From positions 544,001 to 608,000 of the forward strand of contig CAWDVE010000017.1 in NCBI GenBank assembly GCA_963805625.1: a stretch of 64,000 nt of DNA, read 5' to 3'. Under the pieces are notes generated by a model. It saw only the letters and a program-made list of their open reading frames with translations. It did no database searches and had not been told where the DNA came from. Made by a program: the position numbers and the translations under genes. This document shows positions 40,695 to 50,994 of the stretch, one piece after another. Source of the stretch: an uncultured Candidatus Rokubacteria bacterium. Its GTDB lineage: Bacteria > Methylomirabilota > Methylomirabilia > Rokubacteriales > DASRDR01. Numbering within the stretch: the first letter of the stretch is position 1; the number at the start of each line of letters is the position of its first letter.

Positions 40695-42278
40695 CTACCG
40701 CGCCCGCTCCCGGTCGAGCAGCACGCGGCGCAGGACCTTGCCCGAAGCCGACTTGGGGATCTGATCGATGAACTCCACGTACCGGATGCGCTTGTGGGGC
40801 GCTACCCGCTCGGCCACCCAGTCCATGAGCGCATCGCCGCTCGTCCCGCGAGCGGCCTCGTCGGGCTTCAGCACCACGTACGCTAGGGGTACCTCGCCCG
40901 CCTCCTCGTCGGCCTTCCGGATGACCGCGGCGTCGAGGACAGCAGGGTGCGTCAGCAGGAGCGCTTCCAGCTCGGCCGGCGCCACCTGCAGCCCCTTGTA
41001 CTTAATGAGCTCCTTGGTGCGGTCGACGACGTAGAACCACTCCTCGTCATCCACGTAACCGATGTCGCCGGTGTGGTACCACCCGTCACGATCGATGGCG
41101 TCCGCCGTCTCCTGGGGTCGGTTGAGGTAGCCCCGCATGATCTGAGGGCCTCGGATCAGGAGCTCGCCCTGCTCGCGCGGGCCGAGCGCCGCGCCGGTGA
41201 CGAGATCGATGATCTTCACCTCGGTGTTCGGAACGACCTGGCCGATCGATCCGGGCTTGGACGGCGCATCGATCGTCGGGCTCAGGTGGGTGACGGGGCT
41301 CGCCTCCGTCATGCCGTACCCCTGGACGACCGGGCATCCGAGCTTCCGGGCGAGCGCGCGGGCGATTTCCTCCCCGAGCGGCGCGGCTCCGGAAAATACG
41401 AGCCGGACGCTCGAGAGATCGAACTGGGCGACGGCCGGATGCTTCACGAGGCCCAGGACGATGGGCGGCACGAGCGGCAGGACGGTCACCCGATGCTTCT
41501 GGATCAGGCCCAGGAACTCCATGAGGTCGAAGCGCGGCATCGTCACCAGCGTGCTGCCGTTGGCCAGCGACAGCTTCATGATGACGACCATGCCGTAGAT
41601 GTGGAAGAACGGCAGCACGGCCATGACCACGTCCCGCTCGCCGAAGCACTCGAAGCCCCGCATGCCCTCGCATTGCCGGAGATTCGCGACCAGGTGGCGG
41701 TGGGTGAGCATCACCCCCTTGGGCAGCCCCATCGTGCCGCTCGAGTACGGCAGGACGACGAGATCTCGCCCCGGATCGATGGTGACGGCGGGAGGGCTGG
41801 GCGGCGCCTCCAACAGCTCGGCAAAGGGGCGGGCGCCCTCGGCCGCCCCGATGACGAAGATCTCCTCGATCCCCGTTCGCGCCAACGCCTCCTTCGCCCT
41901 GTCGAGGATGGCGGGGACGGTGACCAGGAAGCGGGCTCCCGAGTCTTTGAGCTGCACGGCCAGCTCGTCGGCGGTGTACGTCGGGTTGACAGTGGTGTTG
42001 ACTCCGCCGAGAGATGCCACGGCGTGGAAGACCACCACGTACTCGGGGCAGTTCGGGCTGTAGATCGCGACCACGTCGCCCTTGCGGAGGCCGCGGCGCG
42101 CCAGGCCGGTCGCCGCGCGTCGGATGCCGTCCTCGAGCTGGCCGTACGTCAGGACGCGGCCGCTCGGCCCGTCGATGATGGCTGGCTTGTCGGCGAGCCT
42201 CCGGGCGTGCCGCAGCACGTACTCCGTGATGGAGACGTGGGGCACCGTGACGTCGGCGCTGCGGCTCCTGACGATCAT
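40695..42278 (-). CDS. 4-coumarate--CoA ligase-like AMP-binding enzyme
   Basis: PYSSGTMGLPKG, LPFFHIYG, QGYGMTE, HTGDIG, KELIKYKG, PKSASGK. Confidence 0.93.
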   Translation of the reverse strand: MIVRSRSADVTVPHVSITEYVLRHARRLADKPAIIDGPSGRVLTYGQLEDGIRRAATGLARRGLRKGDVVAIYSPNCPEYVVVFHAVASLGGVNTTVNPTYTADELAVQLKDSGARFLVTVPAILDRAKEALARTGIEEIFVIGAAEGARPFAELLEAPPSPPAVTIDPGRDLVVLPYSSGTMGLPKGVMLTHRHLVANLRQCEGMRGFECFGERDVVMAVLPFFHIYGMVVIMKLSLANGSTLVTMPRFDLMEFLGLIQKHRVTVLPLVPPIVLGLVKHPAVAQFDLSSVRLVFSGAAPLGEEIARALARKLGCPVVQGYGMTEASPVTHLSPTIDAPSKPGSIGQVVPNTEVKIIDLVTGAALGPREQGELLIRGPQIMRGYLNRPQETADAIDRDGWYHTGDIGYVDDEEWFYVVDRTKELIKYKGLQVAPAELEALLLTHPAVLDAAVIRKADEEAGEVPLAYVVLKPDEAARGTSGDALMDWVAERVAPHKRIRYVEFIDQIPKSASGKVLRRVLLDRERAR

Positions 42279-42523
42279 GAGTCTGCTCGTGGGGTGAGCC
42301 GGCGTGGGCCGCTCATCGATGGGAGACTATCGCCGGTGCTCCAAGGCCGTCAAGCCGCCTGCCGGCGGCCGAGACGGGTCCCCTTGTTGACAAGTGGGCG
42401 TCGCCTGAATACGCTCGCCCGCGGCAGTCGCCGCCCCTGCGCCGATTGGACGGCGTCCGCCGGGAGGCTCGGCGGGAAGGGCGGATCCGCGAGGGCGAGC
42501 CTCCGGGGCCGCGCCGGGGCGTC

Positions 42524-43100
42524 TTAGACGTGCTCGACGACGATCGCCCAGAAGGGGGCGCTGCCGACGTTGCGGATCTCGTGGACCATGACCTGCGGCG
42601 CCCAGTGCACGCCCCCCGCCGGGAAGCGGTCCTCGCGGGCCTCGCCACTGGGGAACCGCTGCGCCGCGTGGGCCGCCGTGAGCGGGGAGGATGAGCCGAG
42701 GCGCGTGGCTGTGCATCCAGCGGACCTGCGCGGGCCCCAGGATCTCCTCGTAGACGCAGACCGAGTCGTTCCGGAAGAGCACCTTGTCCCCGAAGGTCCG
42801 CGTCACCCCCGGGGCGTCCGGCAGTGACCGCACCTCCACGAGCATCGCCTCGCCAAACGGCTGCGACCCGGCCTGGGGCAGGAGCTCGCCGGCTCCGAGC
42901 CAGTCGACCCGGCCCCGCGCCACCGGAAGGTATCGATCCTCGTCGCGCTGCCGATGGAGCAGCGAGCCTCCGCCATCCCGCACTCCGATGAGCAAGGCGT
43001 TCGCGTGCGGGATCGGCGGCCCGCCGTGCCCCGTTCCCGAGGCTTCATCGATCCCGATGACGAGCACCGCGTCGTTGTCCAGCAGGGTCCGAATCGGCAT
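42524..43100 (-). pseudogene. Cupin-like protein with a single-base frameshift
   Basis: 577 nt start to stop; removing one base from the G4 run at 42684-42687 joins ...MHSHAPRLIL to PLTAAHAAQ...VHEIRNVG...VVEHV-stop. Confidence 0.6.
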
Positions 43101-43168
43101 GGCTCCTCCGCGCTCCGGAGGCCCGGCGCGATCGCCTTCTCCCGGGCGCCCAGGTTTCCCGTCTGCCC

Positions 43169-44071
43169 TCAGATTCCCCACCGCCGCCGAGACACCTCCA
43201 CCGGCTCGAGCGGGGCGCCGGGCTGCCAGAAGGCCGAATGGCCCGCCGGCGCGGCCCCGGCCCACCGATCGTCCATCGGCTCGCTGGCGCGCTGGCAGCG
43301 GGTGTCACAGCTGAGCCGGTAGCGGTCGGTGGTGTTGACCAGCGATGCATGGAGCATGAACAGGCCGAAGATCACGACGTCTCCGGCGCGGAAGGTCGCC
43401 GTCGCCCAGCGTCCCCCGAGGCGGTCGACCAGCTCGGCCGGGTCCCGGCTGAAGATCCCCTCGATCAGATCGCGGTCGACATCGCACCGCCCGTACGTCT
43501 CGCGAACCCGGCGCCAGCGATGCGAGCCGAGGCAGAGGGCGAGCGGCCCCATCTCCGGCGTCACGTCACCGAGCGGGGTCCAGCACGTGTAGACGTCGAG
43601 CGTGCCCCGGCCCATGTACGGCGCGTCACAGTGAATGCCCGTGCCGGCACCGGGCCCTGCCGCCCGCAGCCACTGGAACTGATAGCTCGCCACCGGCGCG
43701 TCCAGGAGCCGCGCGAAGACGCCCATGATCCGGTCACCGTAGACGACGGTGGCGAGCGCCGGGGTCTTGAGCCGCTCGCGCGCCCGCACGGAGGTCGTGG
43801 GCGTCTCGCGGGACGCGCGATTGGCGACGCCGTCCATCAGGGGGTATGCGGGGTCGAGGAGCCCCTCCTCGGCCATGCGCCGGAGGATGTCCCCGCGGGC
43901 GGCCAGCACCTCGGCCGGGTCGTGCACGCCCCGGAGCAGCAGATACCCGTCCTCCGCCAGGCGGTGGCGAAGCGCCGCCGGGTCGGCGAGGAGATCGTTG
44001 CTGGCGCGGAGCTCGAGCGTCAGGTACCGGCTCCCGGCCGCGAGCTGCCGCTCACCGATGCGGTATTCCAT
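43169..44071 (-). CDS. Phytanoyl-CoA dioxygenase (PhyH) family Fe/2OG oxygenase
   Basis: DGYLLLRG, IHCD, WTPLGD, GDVVIF...LHAS, RLSCDTR. Confidence 0.9.
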   Translation of the reverse strand: MEYRIGERQLAAGSRYLTLELRASNDLLADPAALRHRLAEDGYLLLRGVHDPAEVLAARGDILRRMAEEGLLDPAYPLMDGVANRASRETPTTSVRARERLKTPALATVVYGDRIMGVFARLLDAPVASYQFQWLRAAGPGAGTGIHCDAPYMGRGTLDVYTCWTPLGDVTPEMGPLALCLGSHRWRRVRETYGRCDVDRDLIEGIFSRDPAELVDRLGGRWATATFRAGDVVIFGLFMLHASLVNTTDRYRLSCDTRCQRASEPMDDRWAGAAPAGHSAFWQPGAPLEPVEVSRRRWGI

Positions 44072-44185
44072 TCGTGCCGACCCCGGCGGCCGAGTCTAGC
44101 AACGGCCTCTCGAGCGCGTCAACGCGAGGCGTCTCGAGGGTCGTGTCTCAGTCCTGGACTGGCCGTCCGGACTCGAAGGACTTCT

Positions 44186-44410
44186 TCAGAGCCGCCCGGA
44201 ACGGACGACCTCGCAGTGATAGCAGCCGCTGTTCTGTAGTCGATGTTGAACCAGTGATGCTCCGCCCCCACCAGCTCGCAGTCCTCGGCCTTGCTCGCCA
44301 TGCCGAGGTTGATGAGCGTCCAGGGGAGACGACGTCGGAACCAGGTCCGCCAGCGGTATGAATGGCCGGGGTCCCAAACCATGCGAAATCCTATCCCGTC
44401 CCGTCGACCT
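44186..44410 (-). pseudogene. Frameshifted small Cys/His protein remnant
   Basis: WRTWFRRRLPWTLINLG...DCELVGAEHHWFNID continues in another frame as SGCYHCEVVRSGRL. Confidence 0.35.
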
Positions 44411-44484
44411 GAGACACTACCGACGTCGGAATCGGGGCCAGGGAGGACCGCCGACATTTCCGTGCAGTCCTGGCCATCCCGCGG

Positions 44485-44644
44485 TATAGTGATGGCTGTC
44501 TGGTTCTGACCGTCGGTTCATCTTCGAGCCCGAGTCCTTTTCAGACCGCGCAACCCCGCCTCCTCTTCCGCACGGTGGGACGCGACCTCAACATCGCGGA
44601 AGACTGGCTGGGCCCAGGCTTGCCCTGAAGGGACTCACATACCC
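44485..44644 (+). promoter_or_regulatory. -10 element and structured leader of the DEAD-box helicase gene
   Basis: TATAGT 44485-44490; stem 44532-44544/44625-44636 covers the RBS; inner stem TCTTCCGC/GCGGAAGA. Confidence 0.6.
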
Positions 44645-45910
44645 ATGTCGTTCAACACGTTTGACCTCCACCCTGACCTCCTACGGGGCGTCGCCTCCCT
44701 CGGGTTCGACATGCCCACCCCGATCCAGCGGGACGCCATCCCGCCGGTTCATGCGGGCCGGGACGTGCTCGCGTGCGCCATGACCGGGAGCGGCAAGACG
44801 GCCGCGTTCCTCCTGCCGATCCTCCACCGGCTTCTCGGGCGCCCGCGCGGGACCACGCGCGTCCTCGTCCTCGCCCCCACGCGCGAGCTGGCGGCGCAGA
44901 TCGACGAGCACCGGCAGGAGCTCGGGCGTCACACGCGCCTCACCGGAGCGGCCATCTTCGGCGGCGTCGGCTACGGGCCGCAGGAGCAGGCGTTCCGCCG
45001 CGGGGTCGACGTGCTCGTCGCTACGCCCGGCCGCCTGCTGGACCACTTCGGGCAACCCTACGCCCGTCTCGCCGGCCTGGAAGTGCTGGTCCTGGACGAG
45101 GCGGACCGCATGCTCGACATGGGCTTCCTGCCCGACATTCGCCGCGTCCTCCAGCACCTCCCGGCACGCCGCCAGACCCTCTTCTTCTCGGCGACGATGC
45201 CGCCGCCGATCGTGGCGCTCGCCCGGGAGATCCTGCGCGACCCCGTCACGATCGCGGTGGAGCGCCCGGCGGCGCCGGCCACCGGCATCACCCACACGGC
45301 GTACCCGGTCGTGTCCGAGCTGAAGTCGCGGCTGCTCCTGAGCCTGCTCGCGCAGCCGGGCACCCGCAGCGTCCTCGCGTTCACGCGCACCAAGCACCGG
45401 GCGAACCGGCTGACGGAGTTCCTCGGCCGCCACGGGATCCGGGTGGAACGGATCCACGGCAACCGCAGCCAGGCCCAACGAACGCAGGCCCTGGCCGGCT
45501 TCAAGAGCGGGTTCTACCAGGTGCTGGTGGCCACGGACATCGCCGCGCGCGGCATCGACATCGACGCCCTGAGCCACGTGGTGAACTTCGACGTCCCGCC
45601 GTTGCCCGAGGACTACATCCATCGCGTGGGCCGGACCGCCCGGGCGGAGGCACGCGGCGACGCGCTCACGCTCGTTGCGCCGAACGAGGAGGCGGACCTC
45701 CGCACCATCGAGCGGGCCATCGGGAGCCGGATCACCCGGGCGACGCTGCCGGATTTCGACTACGGCCAGCGGCTGTCCGAGCGCCTGGAGATTCCTCTCA
45801 CCGAGCGCCTCGCCGCGATGCGGGCTCAGCGGGCCGGTCAGCGGCGCGGAGCAGGGGGCGGACGCCGTCACACGGCGGCCGGGGCCGTCCGGTCGGCGCG
45901 GCAGGCCTAG
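44645..45910 (+). CDS. DEAD-box RNA helicase (RhlE-like)
   Basis: PTPIQ, TGSGKT, PTRELA, TPGRL, DEAD, SAT, ARGID, HRVGRTAR. Confidence 0.96.
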   Translation: MSFNTFDLHPDLLRGVASLGFDMPTPIQRDAIPPVHAGRDVLACAMTGSGKTAAFLLPILHRLLGRPRGTTRVLVLAPTRELAAQIDEHRQELGRHTRLTGAAIFGGVGYGPQEQAFRRGVDVLVATPGRLLDHFGQPYARLAGLEVLVLDEADRMLDMGFLPDIRRVLQHLPARRQTLFFSATMPPPIVALAREILRDPVTIAVERPAAPATGITHTAYPVVSELKSRLLLSLLAQPGTRSVLAFTRTKHRANRLTEFLGRHGIRVERIHGNRSQAQRTQALAGFKSGFYQVLVATDIAARGIDIDALSHVVNFDVPPLPEDYIHRVGRTARAEARGDALTLVAPNEEADLRTIERAIGSRITRATLPDFDYGQRLSERLEIPLTERLAAMRAQRAGQRRGAGGGRRHTAAGAVRSARQA

Positions 45911-46006
45911 CGCTTCGGGCTCCCGCTTCACCGCATCACGGAGGGGCGCGGGGCCCGTCAAGTCACTGGGGGGCCGTCGCGCCCCCGCGCGGTAGACTGG
46001 GCCGGG

Positions 46007-46549
46007 ATGGCTGACCCCGCGTCCCGGCTCTACGAGCTTCGCCTTCCGACCCTCACCGACGCTCGGGTGCGCGACGCGGTGGTGCAGGTGCTGGGCCGAC
46101 GGCTTCCGGCACAGTTCGGCCCGAGCCAGGGCGAGGCCCTCGCGCGTACCGGCGTCGTGTTCCGCGTACCCCTGGGCGACGCCGAGGCGGCGGCGTTCCT
46201 GCGAGACCTCTACGCGACGGGCGTGGCGCCGGCCGGCGTGGTCCTGCGCCCGCTCGGGATCGGGGTGCCGCACGATCGGGCGGTCGAGGAGCCCGCCTTC
46301 GCGATCTTCGCGCGCCACGGCGGGAGGTTCGTCCCGACCTGGAACTGGCGGGCGTTCGTCTTCGGGCCGCTCTGGTATTTCAAGAGGGGCCTCTACGCCA
46401 AGGGTCTCGTGTTGCTCGGGCTCAGCGTGTGCCCTTTCTTCAGCCTCGCGCTCACCGTGCTCCTGTCGGCCGCGATCCTGGTCTATTGCGGCGTGGCGGG
46501 GAACTGGGACGACTACCTCTGGAGAGTCAAGGGCACTCAGTGGTGGTGA
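46007..46549 (+). CDS. DUF2628-like membrane protein
   Basis: WNWRAFVFGPLWYFKRGLY followed by TM helices. Confidence 0.75.
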   Translation: MADPASRLYELRLPTLTDARVRDAVVQVLGRRLPAQFGPSQGEALARTGVVFRVPLGDAEAAAFLRDLYATGVAPAGVVLRPLGIGVPHDRAVEEPAFAIFARHGGRFVPTWNWRAFVFGPLWYFKRGLYAKGLVLLGLSVCPFFSLALTVLLSAAILVYCGVAGNWDDYLWRVKGTQWW

Positions 46550-46603
46550 CGGTCGGGGTCAGCCCGATCGCACCGAGTGGCACGTTCCGTCCGGATCCTT
46601 GAG

Positions 46604-47644
46604 CTACCCTGACGCTCGAACGTCCCGCGCCGGGCTCGGCGCCGGGGATGGATCTGGCGTGCCCGGCTCCGCGGCGGCGGGGGACTTGGGGCCGCGCATG
46701 ACCGCGAGGCACACGTACCCGATGAGAATCCAGACGGCTTCTCGGAACCGGCGGGCGACGCCGAAGGCTAGACCGGTGCTCGAGCCTAGCCCGAGCAGGG
46801 CGAAGATGCCGACGAGCCCGCCCTCGAGGATGCCGATCGATCCTGGGATCAGGAACCCGACGGCGCGCACGCCTGTCGCTCCCGCCTCGATGACGAGCGC
46901 TGTCATTAGAGAGACCGGCGAATCGAGGAGGACGAGCATGAGCCACGTCTCGAGCGCGCCCGTCGCCCATCCCACGAGGCTCAGGCTGAAGACCCCAGTG
47001 GCCCGCCCCCGCCGCTCCCGGTAGAAGCACCGCAGGTCGGCGTCGAGCCGGTCAGCGCTCGCCACCACGCGATCGCCCAGCCCGAGCCACGCGAGAGCTC
47101 GGCCGCCCATCCGGAACATGCCCCGGACCTGCACCCACATGAAGCCCGCGGTCGACGCGGCCATGTACAGGGCGAGCAGGGCGAGCAAGGACAGCATCGA
47201 GGTGGACATGCCCTCGAACGCCCACGCGAGCGCGAGCGCGCCCCCGATGAAGCCCGCCAGGGAGGCGACGAGAGCCGTCTTGGCGACCACGACGGCCAGG
47301 AGCCCCTCCTCGACGGGTACGCCCGCCCCCGCCCACGCGAGGAGGTACGCTTTCAGCGCGTCCCCTCCCATGGTCCCGGTCGGCGTCGTCTCGTTCACCG
47401 CCTCGCCCGCGAGCCGGACCGGGAAGAGAAGCCCGAAGGGTGGGCGCCGCCGGGGGAACGCGATCCGCCATGCCTCGGTCTTGAAGAGGTTCGTCACGAC
47501 CTGGGGCAGGAGGATCAGCGGGAGCCGCCAGGAGAGCTTGCGCAGCTCGGCGACGAGCGTGGCGACCCCGATCTCCCAGATGAGCCAGACGACGATGAGC
47601 CCCCCCGCCAGGACGGCGAGCAGGCGAAGTGCCTTCAGGAGCAC
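46604..47644 (-). CDS. Flippase-like / lysylphosphatidylglycerol synthase TM-domain protein
   Basis: RLAGEAVNETTPTGTMGGD, IPGSIGILEGG, ARRFRE; GTG start inferred. Confidence 0.82.
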   Translation of the reverse strand: MLLKALRLLAVLAGGLIVVWLIWEIGVATLVAELRKLSWRLPLILLPQVVTNLFKTEAWRIAFPRRRPPFGLLFPVRLAGEAVNETTPTGTMGGDALKAYLLAWAGAGVPVEEGLLAVVVAKTALVASLAGFIGGALALAWAFEGMSTSMLSLLALLALYMAASTAGFMWVQVRGMFRMGGRALAWLGLGDRVVASADRLDADLRCFYRERRGRATGVFSLSLVGWATGALETWLMLVLLDSPVSLMTALVIEAGATGVRAVGFLIPGSIGILEGGLVGIFALLGLGSSTGLAFGVARRFREAVWILIGYVCLAVMRGPKSPAAAEPGTPDPSPAPSPARDVRASG

Positions 47645-47735
47645 CGGGAGACCGCGGGGGACGATGCCAGAGGGTGGGCGGGGGAGATCCGGGAGCAGCT
47701 CACCGCCCGCGCATTTTACTCCAGGAGTGGAATCG

Positions 47736-47866
47736 ATGGAGGGAGCATCGCCGGTCCAGGCGACGTGATCTCGTTGCCCAGCGGCCATGACGCGTGGGTG
47801 GTGGGCAACGAGCCCGTCGTCGTCGTGGACTGGCTCGGCGCGAGCAACTACGCCCAACTGGCCTGA
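47736..47866 (+). pseudogene. Cupin gene with internal deletion
   Basis: AGGAG + ATG (MEGASP) then out-of-frame C-terminus GPGDVISLPSGHDAWVVGNEPVVVVDW. Confidence 0.6.
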
Positions 47867-47980
47867 GCGGGTCGCTCCGCCCGCGGGGGCGCCGACGCGA
47901 TGGTCGGCGCTCTCGCGGGCGGCGCCCTGACCCGAGCCCGGCGGGCCGCCCGCCCTCTCTCTTCCGGCTAGGCCAGTTCG

Positions 47981-48913
47981 TTAGACGGCCTCGGCGGCGA
48001 TCCGGGCCCGAAGCTTTCCGTCGGGCAGGCGCCCGTAGGCGGCCCTCATGTTGTCGCGCAGGTGGGCCGCGCTCGACGTGGCGGGGATCGCGCAGGTGAT
48101 CGCGGGGTGCGAGACGACGAACTTCAGCAGGACCTGCGCCCAGCTGTCGCAGTCGATCTCGGCCGCCCATGCGGGCAGCGGCTTTTGGCGGAGGCGGCGG
48201 AACAGGTCGCCGCCCGCGAAGGGCCGGTTCGCGATCACCGCCGCGCCCCGCTCCTGGGCGAGCGGCAAGAGGCGGCGCTCGGCGTCGCGCTCCCCGACGG
48301 AATAGTTGATCTGCACGAAGTCGACCGGCTTCGAGGCGATGAGCCGGGCCACGGCCTCGTGGCTGCCGGCCGTGTAGTGCGTCACGCCGACGTAGCGCAC
48401 GCGGCCGTCGCGCTTCCATCCCGCCAGGGTGGCGAGGTGCGCGTCGACGTCCACCAGGTTGTGCACCTGCATCAGATCGATGCGGTCGGACCGGAGCTTC
48501 CGCATCGATTCCTCCATCTGCCGGATCCCGGCTGCTTTCCCCGAGGTCCACACCTTGGTGGCGAGGAAGAGCTTCGGCTGAAGCCCGAGCTTGGCGGCGA
48601 GGTCGCCGACGACCTCCTCGGAGCGGCCGTACATGGGCGACGAGTCTACGAGGCAGCCGCCGAGGTCGACGAAGGCGCCGAGGACGTCCTCGAGGGGTGC
48701 CCGAGCGGCGGGACTGGGGGCGACGTCGAAGGTTTGCCAGGTCCCGAGTCCGACGACGGGAATGGTCTCGCCGGTCGAGGGAATCCGGCGCGTCAGGATG
48801 GCCGATCCTGGTCCCGGTCCTGCTGCCCCCGCCGCGCCCGCCGTTCCCATGGCCACTCCCATCCCGGCTGCGCCGATCAGGCGCAGCGCGTCACGTCGCC
48901 TCACACCGGCCAT
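47981..48913 (-). CDS. Aldo/keto reductase with Tat-like signal
   Basis: RRRDALRL; GLGTWQTFD, VDSSPMYG, LATKVW, MQVHNL. Confidence 0.92.
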   Translation of the reverse strand: MAGVRRRDALRLIGAAGMGVAMGTAGAAGAAGPGPGSAILTRRIPSTGETIPVVGLGTWQTFDVAPSPAARAPLEDVLGAFVDLGGCLVDSSPMYGRSEEVVGDLAAKLGLQPKLFLATKVWTSGKAAGIRQMEESMRKLRSDRIDLMQVHNLVDVDAHLATLAGWKRDGRVRYVGVTHYTAGSHEAVARLIASKPVDFVQINYSVGERDAERRLLPLAQERGAAVIANRPFAGGDLFRRLRQKPLPAWAAEIDCDSWAQVLLKFVVSHPAITCAIPATSSAAHLRDNMRAAYGRLPDGKLRARIAAEAV

Positions 48914-48954
48914 GCGCGTGGCCCATGCATTCGGTCACGCTGCGGCAGTGCGGT

Positions 48955-49372
48955 CTACGTCGGCACGGTCAGGGGGCGGCCCGGACGGATCACGGCGGGC
49001 GGCGTGAACTCGTGGACCCGCTCCCCGATCTCGAGGCGCTGGAGCGTCAGCTCGCCGGCCTCGACCTGCACGACCGCCTCTCGCGCGGAGATGCGGACGG
49101 TGCCCCACGCCGTCCCCGCGGTGAACAGGCTGCGAAAGTCCGGCACTGCCACGCGTGGCGCAAAGCGGAGCCGCCGGGCCGGCGCGCTGTACTCGTAGCC
49201 CGAGAAGGCGAGGAGAAGCGCCCACGACGCGAGCGCGCGGGCGTAGTGGTGACCGCACTCGAACTCGTCCCAGGGGTTGCGCCGGACGCCGTCGTGGCGG
49301 TCGCGCACGGCGCGGACGACGGCCACGCCGGCGTCGACCTCGCCCTCGTACATGAGGAGCCCGGCGACCGAG
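48955..49372 (-). pseudogene. C-terminal fragment of a GH116-like glycoside hydrolase
   Basis: VAGLLMYEG...RDRHDGVRRNPWDEFECGHHYARALASW; upstream part absent. Confidence 0.72.
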
Positions 49373-49436
49373 CTGCCTCTCTGTGCGCGCGGACGTCGGA
49401 CCTGACGGAGCGTGACGCCGGGGTCAAGACGGGCGA

Positions 49437-50102
49437 TCAGTCGCCCCCGCCGGCGACGTGCGCGCTCCAGTAGTGATGTGTCTTCGCCACCACCGTGATG
49501 ACGCTCTTCACCTCGTCCATCAGCGCGAAGGCAGGGTCGGCCGGCACGAGGAGCCGCTCCTCGTCGCAGCGGGCCTCGACATTCTCCAGGATGATCGTGG
49601 CGCACAGCCAGGCCGCCATCCGCGGCGATTCGCACGAGACCGCGAGCCAGCCGGGCGCCGCCGGTTCCGAATAGAGCCCGGTCGTCTCCCAGATCCCCCG
49701 GCGGATCTCCGCGACCGCGCCGGATCCCTCGGGCGCCGCGGGCTTGCTCGCCCCGGCCCCGAGCACGCTCTCCGGCCCCCGGTGGGGCGGGCCCCCGAAG
49801 AGGGCCAGCTCGCAGAAGGTGCTCCACATGGCTCGCCAGTCGGGACGGCCGTCCGGTCGCCAGACGAAGGGCGCCGAGGACATGGGCGCGGCAGGAGTGG
49901 CCGGGTCGGGCTCGATGACTTCGCGCCGCCCGGCGGGGAGCTCGTGCAACACCGAGGCGATGGGATCCGGCGCCCCGTCGAGTCGCCACAGCTCGACGGG
50001 GCCGCCGAGGAACCCCGCGAGCATGCGGCACTGCCCGCGCCAGTCGTCCAGGATCGTGTACGGCATCTCGACCGGGGACACGAGCAGCACGCGTGTGGGC
50101 AC
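49437..50102 (-). CDS. Hypothetical protein with Cys/His-containing C-terminal domain
   Basis: PMSSAPF...WSTFCELALFGGPPHRG...ENVEAR...VITVVAKTHHYWSAH; start uncertain. Confidence 0.65.
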   Translation of the reverse strand: MPTRVLLVSPVEMPYTILDDWRGQCRMLAGFLGGPVELWRLDGAPDPIASVLHELPAGRREVIEPDPATPAAPMSSAPFVWRPDGRPDWRAMWSTFCELALFGGPPHRGPESVLGAGASKPAAPEGSGAVAEIRRGIWETTGLYSEPAAPGWLAVSCESPRMAAWLCATIILENVEARCDEERLLVPADPAFALMDEVKSVITVVAKTHHYWSAHVAGGGD

Positions 50103-50162
50103 GGCACCGTCCTGGTTGGAGTACGATGAATCCATCACCGTGAGGCGCGGAGAGTGAACATC

Positions 50163-50396
50163 ATGGCCTTGTACGATTTCCGCTGCACCGTCTGCGGGCT
50201 CGAGTTCGAGGTGTCACGGCCCATGGCCCAGGCCGGGGAACCCGCCCGCTGCCCCGTCGATGGCGCGGACAGCCGACGTTTCTTCACGATGCCCATGACG
50301 TTCTCCAAGTCGAGCTCGAGGCCCCGCCCGCCGGGGCGAGCCTGGCGCCACCACGGTCACCGCCACGGGCCCGGCGCCAGCCCTCACGTCCACTGA
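50163..50396 (+). CDS. FmdB-family zinc-ribbon protein with His-rich tail
   Basis: MALYDFRCTVCG...CPVDG; HHGHRHGPGASPHVH. Confidence 0.8.
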   Translation: MALYDFRCTVCGLEFEVSRPMAQAGEPARCPVDGADSRRFFTMPMTFSKSSSRPRPPGRAWRHHGHRHGPGASPHVH

Positions 50397-50543
50397 AAAA
50401 GGACGCCAGTCAATCCTCCGTCCCCGCAGCGAACCGCGAGGAGGGTGAGTGCGCGGCGCCGGCGTTGCGGCCAGTCTGGCGCCAGTGTACACGGGGCGGC
50501 GCCCCCGATGGCGGCGGGGGCGCTCTCCGCCGGGGGCCGCCGG

Positions 50544-50927
50544 TCAGGCCCCTCCGCCCGCGGGCGGCCGCCGCCGCATCGTGTCGAGAAAGGCGTCAAG
50601 CTCGGTGTCGGTGGCGAAGACGTCCGTGGACGGGAGCGCCTTCACGATGTCGAAGACCTGCCGCACCGCAGGCTGAAGGCGCGCGACCGCCACCCCGCCT
50701 CCACGCGCCTCGAGCGTCTTCCGCGCCCTGATGAGGACGCGGATGCCGGCGCTGCCGATGTACTCGAGACCGGCGAGGTCGAAAAGGGCCGCGGTCACGG
50801 TGGGTGACGCGAGGAGCGGCTCCAATCGCTCGTCGAGCGTCGGCGCGGTCTCAGTGTCGAGCCGCCCGCGAAGCGCGACGCGGCGGCCTCCGTAGCCTTC
50901 CTCGGTGATCTGGATGTCGAGCCCCAT
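50544..50927 (-). CDS. STAS-domain anti-sigma factor antagonist
   Basis: LRGRLDTETA, FDLAGLEYIGSAGIRVL; GGAGG RBS. Confidence 0.9.
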   Translation of the reverse strand: MGLDIQITEEGYGGRRVALRGRLDTETAPTLDERLEPLLASPTVTAALFDLAGLEYIGSAGIRVLIRARKTLEARGGGVAVARLQPAVRQVFDIVKALPSTDVFATDTELDAFLDTMRRRPPAGGGA

Positions 50928-50994
50928 GGGAACCTCCCGCGGTCGGTGACGTCAGGCGTCCGGGCGGCGGCCGGCTTGCCGGCTCGCGGCCGCT

